Virus record (IMG/VR): IMGVR_UViG_2907408351_000002
DNA: 64,000 nucleotides
DNA from: a virus
Direction: 5' to 3' (one strand)
This document shows positions 58,005 to 64,000 of this stretch, in pieces. The position numbers and the translations under genes were made by a program. Position 1 is the stretch's first letter. Each line of letters starts with the position of its first letter. Below the pieces are notes generated by a model, which made no database searches, was not told the DNA's origin, and worked only from the letters and a program-made list of their open reading frames with translations.

Positions 58005-59267
58005 ATGTCAAAAATAGGATCAATTTGCGTCTCTTTGGGGCTCTTAACTCATTTAAGTTGTAGCAAAGTTTCTAATCCAAGTAATTTACTTTGGCTTTCG
58101 GCAATTGGATTAAATCCAAATTTTGCAAATGTAATAAATGGTTCTGGGAGCGGCCCGGATTTTAATATAACGTCCTCACCTGAAACTCGATTCCAAATTA
58201 ACCCCGAAGTTGTAGAAAATTTAGGATTCCTTTTCAATAATGATCCCCATTTTCCTGAACTAAGAAAAATTCAAGATTTTTCAATCGTCTCCTTAGATCC
58301 ACTTATAAGAGATCCACTGTCACGTCCGACCGATGTAAATTTATTTATACTTGATTCAACAAAAGGGAATATTATTTATTCAAAAAATCCTGGGAAGATT
58401 TCTTACTTCCAAGATTCCTCGCTTACAAATTATTCCTCAATTCTTGTTCTCCCCTCTGGGAAAATCCTTTTGGTATCGAAAACTGGATTTTTAAATACCT
58501 GTTTTCAATATACCGCCGTCGGGTCTGTCGTGAAAACACCATCGTGCAATGATTCAACGATTCAGGTTTCGAAGTTGTTTAACTTTAAAACAGAAAAAGG
58601 GGAGATTCTTTTTAGGGCTCCTTCCGGATCTCTTAAAATCTTCTCAGTTGAAAATCAATCGATAAGTGAGATATCCATAAATCCGACGCCTATTGGAATC
58701 ATTGATGTTTCGTATTCTTCAAATCAAAAATCCCTCGTAGTCTCGGAAAATGTAGGTAAGCGAATTTCAGTTTATAAGGAAAATCAGAACGGTTCGTTTA
58801 TTTTAGAAAATAAAATCGAATCTTTCTCGTTTACAAATACTTTAGGAAAATCGTATAAAGCACCTTACATAAGTAGTGTTGCGGTTAACAAGGATGGGGT
58901 CATATACGCATTGAGCAACGTTGAGGATGCCGTTTACACTATAGATCCTTATCTAAAAATTGTAAACGTGTTCGAGGACACATTGCAGTTCCGACCATTT
59001 AGAAAAATGATGGAACCGCTACGGATAAGGATTTCATCCGGAAATGAAGATCTGTATGTTCAGACAAAAAATGAAATCTCTGTTCTTAGGGATGTTGAAG
59101 TAAATAAGAGTTCCGATTTTCAGTGGTCGCTACCAATTAATCAGGATAGTTTAAAGCAAGCAGTCATCGAATCCCTAAAACAATCGAACTACAATTTAAA
59201 CAAAAGTATTTTTGATCAGCCCGCGGTAAAGGCGGTGCTGGATTCATATAGGAATTTGGCTCAATGA
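58005..59267 (+). CDS. Lipoprotein (signal …LGLLTHLSC; 420 aa)
   Basis: Lipobox-like LSC after hydrophobic stretch. Confidence 0.55.
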   Translation: MSKIGSICVSLGLLTHLSCSKVSNPSNLLWLSAIGLNPNFANVINGSGSGPDFNITSSPETRFQINPEVVENLGFLFNNDPHFPELRKIQDFSIVSLDPLIRDPLSRPTDVNLFILDSTKGNIIYSKNPGKISYFQDSSLTNYSSILVLPSGKILLVSKTGFLNTCFQYTAVGSVVKTPSCNDSTIQVSKLFNFKTEKGEILFRAPSGSLKIFSVENQSISEISINPTPIGIIDVSYSSNQKSLVVSENVGKRISVYKENQNGSFILENKIESFSFTNTLGKSYKAPYISSVAVNKDGVIYALSNVEDAVYTIDPYLKIVNVFEDTLQFRPFRKMMEPLRIRISSGNEDLYVQTKNEISVLRDVEVNKSSDFQWSLPINQDSLKQAVIESLKQSNYNLNKSIFDQPAVKAVLDSYRNLAQ

Positions 59268-60298
59268 AATTATCTTCAAAATATATTTTACTTTTTGTTT
59301 TGTTTACTTCCTCTTTTGCTTCGTATTTTCGATGCGGCGATAAAGAAGTTCTCTTCGTCGCGATCGGGATTTGCACGTATTGGGATACTTCAAAATTCGG
59401 ACCAAAACCTGTTTATTGTGACTATCTTCCTGATCCTAGTAAGATTCCTCCTCCGGGTCCGGGAGTAGGGAAATGTGTGAGTTGCGATTCTGGATACACT
59501 GTCGGTTACTGCGCAGATGGATTGTATTGGCAATCCGATGTGAATGGTAAAAAATGCGGACGGGACGCCGGACTATTCGGCGGGCAGACAGGTTGCGCGA
59601 CCGCCGATCGGTGTTATGGAGTTGGAGGAACTCCGATTCAAACTTTTTATTCGGGATTTATTTCTACTGGCGAGGAGCCTTTGCCTCCGAACGTATTATC
59701 GATCTCGCCTTCGAATGGTTCTACGATCTATCCAAATACAACTGTCACCGTTCAAACTTCAAAATCAATCGAAGGGAGTTCAATAAATCTTTCTGGATCA
59801 GTCGGAGATTTTATCGGAAGCAATTTCGTTATAAAGCGAAAAGATATCTACAATGATCAAATTGTTTTTCAATTGGATCAGAATGTTCCGAAAGGAGCTC
59901 ACAAGGCTCTCGTTGTAAAAGGTAAAGATGTTGATGGACAGGATCTACAGATTAATTTGAATTACTCAATCTTATCGAATGGTCAATCGGCAAGTTTGAG
60001 TTCTACGACTTGTCAGCCTGAATGTTTAGTTCGATGGATTTTCGATTCGTATGTGATTCCATTTCAAGCACAAGGCGGATTTCCCCCTTACACTTGGTAT
60101 ATGAATGGACAGACTCCGCCGGGCGCGGCCATGTCTTCGGACGGGGTGCTGAGTGGCCCTCCAACCGGGAACTTTCTCGGAAAATACTATTTCGTAGTTA
60201 CAGTCGTCGATTCAAACAATTCGGTCGCAAATTTTTCAGTCTCAATAAATTCTTTTGATTTGGGCGCCGCTTGCTTTTTTTCTGGAATATGTTGGTAG
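59264..60298 (+). CDS. Secreted Cys-rich protein with Ig-like (Big) and putative-Ig (He_PIG-like) domains; adhesin-like
   Basis: Signal peptide; …QTPPGAAMSSDGVLSGPPTGNFLGKYYFVVTVVDSNNS… matches the putative-Ig domain pattern. Confidence 0.55.
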   Translation: MKLSSKYILLFVLFTSSFASYFRCGDKEVLFVAIGICTYWDTSKFGPKPVYCDYLPDPSKIPPPGPGVGKCVSCDSGYTVGYCADGLYWQSDVNGKKCGRDAGLFGGQTGCATADRCYGVGGTPIQTFYSGFISTGEEPLPPNVLSISPSNGSTIYPNTTVTVQTSKSIEGSSINLSGSVGDFIGSNFVIKRKDIYNDQIVFQLDQNVPKGAHKALVVKGKDVDGQDLQINLNYSILSNGQSASLSSTTCQPECLVRWIFDSYVIPFQAQGGFPPYTWYMNGQTPPGAAMSSDGVLSGPPTGNFLGKYYFVVTVVDSNNSVANFSVSINSFDLGAACFFSGICW

Positions 60299-60306
60299 GA
60301 AATTAT

Positions 60307-60819
60307 ATGAAAAACCTTTTTTTGAAAATTACGCTTTTACTTTGTATTTCACTTCTCATTCCGACTTGCAAACGAGATCACAAGGAAGACGATCAAAACG
60401 ATCCAATTTCATCCTCAATTCTTTACGGTGCATTCGTAAGAATGGATACTTTGCTGAGAGTAGAAAATTTAACTTCAGCGCCTGTGGCTGTAAAAATATA
60501 CGATAACTCAACTTGTAACGCGAGCTCAACTGCAGTAAATTCTGGAATGCCTTCGTTTTATGATTTCGGAACGTTAGCTGCAAATTCGAAATCAAATTTT
60601 TACCCACTTCCTTTCAGTTCCAATCTCCAATACAATGAAGTCACGATGTACGTTCAGTTCACCGGGCCATGTAATTTCCCACTTCCGAACAAACTGAAAG
60701 CCGGTTCCCTTTCAAATTTAAGAGGGTATCTGCTGCAGATAAAGCCTGCGACCGGAGGAAGCGCGAATTATTTGGATATCGAGGAAAGGAACGGAATATT
60801 CGCCTATCCGCCGCTGTAA
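60307..60819 (+). CDS. Lipoprotein (MKNLFLKITLLLCISLLIPTC…), 170 aa
   Basis: Start moved to ATG 60307 with signal peptide. Confidence 0.5.
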   Translation: MKNLFLKITLLLCISLLIPTCKRDHKEDDQNDPISSSILYGAFVRMDTLLRVENLTSAPVAVKIYDNSTCNASSTAVNSGMPSFYDFGTLAANSKSNFYPLPFSSNLQYNEVTMYVQFTGPCNFPLPNKLKAGSLSNLRGYLLQIKPATGGSANYLDIEERNGIFAYPPL

Positions 60820-60885
60820 TCGTTTACTTTAAAACCGGTAGGAACCGGTTCTAAAAATTCTCGACATAAAGTTAAATACCCGGAT

Positions 60886-61752
60886 TTGTCTCTTATGCCT
60901 AAAATCCGCTATTCTAACGTGGAAGATATTCCACTCGATAAACTTGTAATTCATAAAGACAACTTTATGCGGGATGTTCCCGACGATGAACAAAAGGCAT
61001 TTGAAAAACAAATTGCCGAGCAGGGCGTCGAAATTCCGATTTATATTACCAAAGAACCGGATAAGAACGGAAATTACGAAATTTTAAACGGAGCGCGCCG
61101 GTTCCGTGCATCGAAGAAAGCAAAGTTTCCATCGATTCCCTGTAAAAGAGTTCTTACTGAACTTTCGGATTGGGTTCGTGCAAGAGTCATGGTTGCTGGG
61201 AATGATTGGGCGAAAAATTATTCTCCCGAAAATCGGAAACAAGTCATTCAAATTTGGTTTAAAGAAATCGAAATCCTCCAAGACGAAAGAGGAGGGGCCT
61301 TCGGAAATCAGTATTCAAATGTTCGGGAATACAAAACTCCCCTCCGTCTTAGAATTCACGAGTTATTTGGTTGGCCTTTGCGTACTGTTGATCGGGATCT
61401 TTCGGAAATTCGTAAAGAAATTATTTCCACAAAGAAGAAGCCGATGAAGGATCTCCCAGATCTCCTTGACGGAGAGAAGTTGTATTTCAACAACCGAGTT
61501 TCAGATTGGTGGTCGTCCGAACTTCAAAAGAAACAACTTCTTCAAGAACTCAAGAAAGAAGAGGATGCGGTCAAAAAAAGGATCTTAAAGATATCTGATA
61601 TGCAAAAAAAATACATACGAGATTTTAAAAAAGTCGGTGGTCTGCAAACTTATATCCGTCTCGCGATAAAAAAGGATCCGGTCCTGAAGAAAATTAAGGG
61701 ACTCAAAGAATTCGTCGAAGAAGAAATTAAAAAAGAAAAGAAATCGAAATAA
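60886..61752 (+). CDS. ParB/Srx-like nuclease-domain protein upstream of terminase
   Basis: …ILNGARRFRASKKA… ParB N-domain box. Confidence 0.6.
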   Translation: MSLMPKIRYSNVEDIPLDKLVIHKDNFMRDVPDDEQKAFEKQIAEQGVEIPIYITKEPDKNGNYEILNGARRFRASKKAKFPSIPCKRVLTELSDWVRARVMVAGNDWAKNYSPENRKQVIQIWFKEIEILQDERGGAFGNQYSNVREYKTPLRLRIHELFGWPLRTVDRDLSEIRKEIISTKKKPMKDLPDLLDGEKLYFNNRVSDWWSSELQKKQLLQELKKEEDAVKKRILKISDMQKKYIRDFKKVGGLQTYIRLAIKKDPVLKKIKGLKEFVEEEIKKEKKSK

Positions 61753-61829
61753 GTGCGAAAGTATCATCTACTTTTCGGATTCATTTAGGAATTGACTTTT
61801 AGAAAATCCCGAAACTTTGTCCCCGCCTT

Positions 61830-62396
61830 GTGGAGAAAAAACAAGCCAAAAGGGGACAAAGTGGCAAAACCGCTCCGAAGAAGAAATCATCTTCTCAAAA
61901 GGGTCGGAATACACCCAAGGTATTCGACCCACCTTACGAAAACCCCTATAAGAATGTAGATCCGGATCAGTTCAAAGCGATTCTTTTGCTTTTGGACGGC
62001 CAGACAATCGCTCAAACGGCGAAAGTCTTGGGCGTTGCCGACTCTACCATTAAGCGTTGGCTGTATTCGGATGAGGCCGTCGCTTTGCGCTTTCGAGAAG
62101 CATACGAAAAAGAAGCGTCACGCCGAATTGACGCAATGCGAATGAACGCGGACTCGATCGCGTTTGATCTTTATGGGATTTTGAAAGAATGGATTGCGGA
62201 ACTTAAAAAAAGAAAAGGGAAGGTAAGCCCAAAAGAAATCCAGCAAGTCCTTTCTCATTTATCGACTTCGAAATACATCCTGAAGAATAAAACAGAGGCC
62301 GAATCTGAATCAGCGAGAAAGAAACTTCTCTCCGGACTCGAAGCCTATCTTGAGGAGAAAATCCTTGAGACCGTTTCCGGAGGAGCGGGGGAGTGA
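61830..62396 (+). CDS. terS: Terminase small subunit (HTH), GTG start
   Basis: …IAQTAKVLGVADSTIKRWL… HTH; stop overlaps terL start (GTGA). Confidence 0.6.
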   Translation: MEKKQAKRGQSGKTAPKKKSSSQKGRNTPKVFDPPYENPYKNVDPDQFKAILLLLDGQTIAQTAKVLGVADSTIKRWLYSDEAVALRFREAYEKEASRRIDAMRMNADSIAFDLYGILKEWIAELKKRKGKVSPKEIQQVLSHLSTSKYILKNKTEAESESARKKLLSGLEAYLEEKILETVSGGAGE

Positions 62397-64000
62397 AGAT
62401 CGATCTTTCGGAGATCCTAAAAGGAACTCCTTATGAAAACGTAGACCCCTCAATCCTTGGCGAAGCGGTCCGTAACGTTTCCGAAAGACTCAAATCGAAA
62501 GTAGTTGGAGCGAATCGCGAGAAGAATATCTGCCGAAAGCGTGCTACCGGTAAACGAGGCTCATATCTTTTCTTCTGCAGGCATTATTTCCCACATTATT
62601 TTTCAATTCCTTTCGGTGAACAACAGATGGAACTCATCCATCTTATTCAATCATATCGATCTACGCGGAACAAAGACGGAAGTAAAAACAGGAAACCGGT
62701 TCGCTCCTTAGTTGCGCTTTCCCGCGGATTCGGTAAGTCGACGATTCTGACATTGTGCGGAGTCCTTTGGCTTCTTTTGACCGGAACATGGAAATTCCCT
62801 ATTTTGATATCCTCCACCTTAAATCAGGCGAAAGAATTCTTACGGAAGATCCAGGAGGAAATAGAGGACAATGCAGCTCTCTCGAAAGATTTTCCCGAAC
62901 TACTTCCGAAGAAAGATATTAAGGGCCAAAATGTTTCGTGGTCGGATTTTGATTTGGTTTTTATGGGAGGATTCCGGGTTATCGCGAAAGGGTGGGGGAA
63001 CGCGATCCGCGGGAAACGTCATAAGAACTTCCGGCCGGATGCGCTTCTCATGGATGATCCGGACGAAGAGAAAGATGTAGAGAGCGAATCGACGATGCGT
63101 CGGAAATACCGTTGGTTGGAACGGGCCGCTCTTAAACTCGGAACCGTATGGGGTATCGATGCGATTCTTTCCTATACGACGATCGCGCCGAATTGCGTAG
63201 GGGAATACGTTTTTAATTCCGAACGTTACAAAGAATGGATTAGGAAGAAATACCAAGCCTTGGTTACGGACCCAGACGGGACCGAGCGATCATCGTGGCC
63301 GGCCGGAGCTCCGCTTGATTTACTCCAGAAAGAACGAGACGAAGATCCAATTACATTCGCGCAAGAAAGACAGAACGATCCTCTTCCTGAAGTCGGCCAG
63401 AAATTCAAAGGGCTTATTCAAACTTGGAAATTCGAACGACCCGAATCATTTGCTGGTTGGCAGTTGGCTTTGGCTCTTGACTTATCTCTCGGTAAAACAG
63501 AGCGATCGGATTTCTCTGCAATCGTCGGCCTCGGACTTTCACCTTTAGGAAAATTCTACGAACTTTATTCTGATATTCAGAGAAGGCGTCCTGATCAGAT
63601 CCAGAAAGACTTTATTCAGGCTTTACAGGCGTTTCCCTGGGACATCGCGGGAATAGAGACCAACGGAGGCCAAGAACACTTTCTGGATGGCTTTAAAACG
63701 CGTCTGGAAGACTGGAATGAACTTTGCTCTTTAGAAAGTAGTGAACTTGGTTTAACTCTCGCGAATAAAATCATTGTTCCGGTTATTGGAATTGAAAATG
63801 GCGGAGATAAGATTCGGCGCATTGAAGGAGCACTTCAAGTTCCGATTGCTACCGGACAACTCTTGCTTAGAGAAGACTCGAAAATTCTTAGAGAGCAATT
63901 TGAGGAATTCCCTTTTAAAAAGAAAGACGGACCTGACGCGACTGAAATGGCTCATCGATTGATTGTTGAAAGACTTGGAAGTTCAATTTCATTTCTTTCT
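62393..64000 (+). CDS. terL: Terminase large subunit, 3'-partial (runs off window; absent from ORF track)
   Basis: Hand translation from GTG 62393: Walker A LSRGFGKST, Walker B LLMDDPD, nuclease-domain Asp motifs (LALDLSLGK…SDFSAIVG; KKKDGPDATE); 536 codons without stop. Confidence 0.85.
   Translation, partial: MKIDLSEILKGTPYENVDPSILGEAVRNVSERLKSKVVGANREKNICRKRATGKRGSYLFFCRHYFPHYFSIPFGEQQMELIHLIQSYRSTRNKDGSKNRKPVRSLVALSRGFGKSTILTLCGVLWLLLTGTWKFPILISSTLNQAKEFLRKIQEEIEDNAALSKDFPELLPKKDIKGQNVSWSDFDLVFMGGFRVIAKGWGNAIRGKRHKNFRPDALLMDDPDEEKDVESESTMRRKYRWLERAALKLGTVWGIDAILSYTTIAPNCVGEYVFNSERYKEWIRKKYQALVTDPDGTERSSWPAGAPLDLLQKERDEDPITFAQERQNDPLPEVGQKFKGLIQTWKFERPESFAGWQLALALDLSLGKTERSDFSAIVGLGLSPLGKFYELYSDIQRRRPDQIQKDFIQALQAFPWDIAGIETNGGQEHFLDGFKTRLEDWNELCSLESSELGLTLANKIIVPVIGIENGGDKIRRIEGALQVPIATGQLLLREDSKILREQFEEFPFKKKDGPDATEMAHRLIVERLGSSISFLS

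Larger units (their letters stand above)
1..64000. mobile_element. Tailed-phage genome / phage-plasmid: contractile-tail virion module, lysis cassette, early region, Cro/CI-like switch, parA-parB-rep, umuDC; no integrase seen in window
   Basis: Terminase large subunit, sheath/tube/chaperone/tape-measure synteny, baseplate J-like, Collar-domain fibre, holin/spanin, ParA Walker box, UmuC. No tyrosine/serine recombinase motifs recognised. Confidence 0.7.

Noticed and set aside
60833-60850. AACCGG-N6-CCGGTT hairpin after the last lipoprotein gene as a terminator
   Set aside because: No downstream T-run, only A-runs; kept as a weak structure only.
1-64000. CRISPR arrays, rRNA or tRNA genes
   Set aside because: No regularly spaced direct repeats and no tRNA-like T-arm/acceptor patterns noticed in non-coding gaps. 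A tRNA scan is still advisable.
1-64000. Integrase / attachment site
   Set aside because: No protein with tyrosine- or serine-recombinase motifs among ORFs of 150 aa or more. Consistent with an episomal lifestyle but could lie outside the window.
1-64000. Retron or reverse transcriptase, CBASS/Thoeris-like defence genes
   Set aside because: No YxDD polymerase motif, TIR/SIR2 or cyclase signatures recognised in any translated ORF.

Overview
The window reads as one tailed-phage genome with a plasmid-style maintenance module. No integrase was found, which fits a phage-plasmid; the AT-rich composition and lipobox-type signal peptides suggest a spirochaete, possibly Leptospira LE1-like, but that is inference. 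All family assignments below come from motifs recognised by eye in the ORF-track proteins or by hand translation; nothing was searched.

Gene layout across the window:
- 1-10.6 kb: virion/head module, including a putative protease, scaffold and major capsid, closed by a strong terminator.
- 10.7-14.3 kb: an unusual HAD-phosphatase/pyrophosphatase-like fusion, then neck genes.
- 14.3-18.9 kb: contractile-tail core (sheath, tube, chaperone with a putative frameshift at an A9 run, tape measure).
- 19-24.6 kb: an AT-rich lipoprotein moron and tail genes on the opposite strand.
- 24.7-28.5 kb: Mu/P2-like baseplate and tail fibre carrying a Collar domain.
- 28.5-30.6 kb: lysis cassette (two SAR-like N-termini, holin, unimolecular-spanin-like lipoprotein) with a terminator.
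- 30.6-48.1 kb, minus strand: early/DNA-metabolism region.
  - SPFH/band-7 protein, Dam MTase, PD-(D/E)XK-like protein, Gp37/Gp68 (DUF5131), a compact C5-cytosine MTase.
  - Replisome-organiser-like protein, HNH-like protein, ParB/Srx-nuclease protein, SbcC/SbcD-like pair.
  - Cro-like HTH at the right end of the region.
- 48.1-48.6 kb: divergent Cro/CI-like switch with palindromic operators.
- 48.6-51.7 kb: cargo operon with a LuxI/FeeM-like N-acyl synthase, a polytopic membrane protein and an HTH regulator.
- 52.0-54.5 kb: parA, partner gene, palindrome- and iteron-rich origin-like region, rep.
- 54.6-57.0 kb: umuD-umuC-yedK (SRAP) cassette.
- 58.0-60.8 kb: lipoprotein and Ig-like adhesin morons.
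- 60.9-64.0 kb: ParB-like nuclease, terminase small subunit, and a terminase large subunit that runs off the window end (not in the ORF track; I translated it by hand).

No rRNA, tRNA or CRISPR array was recognised.
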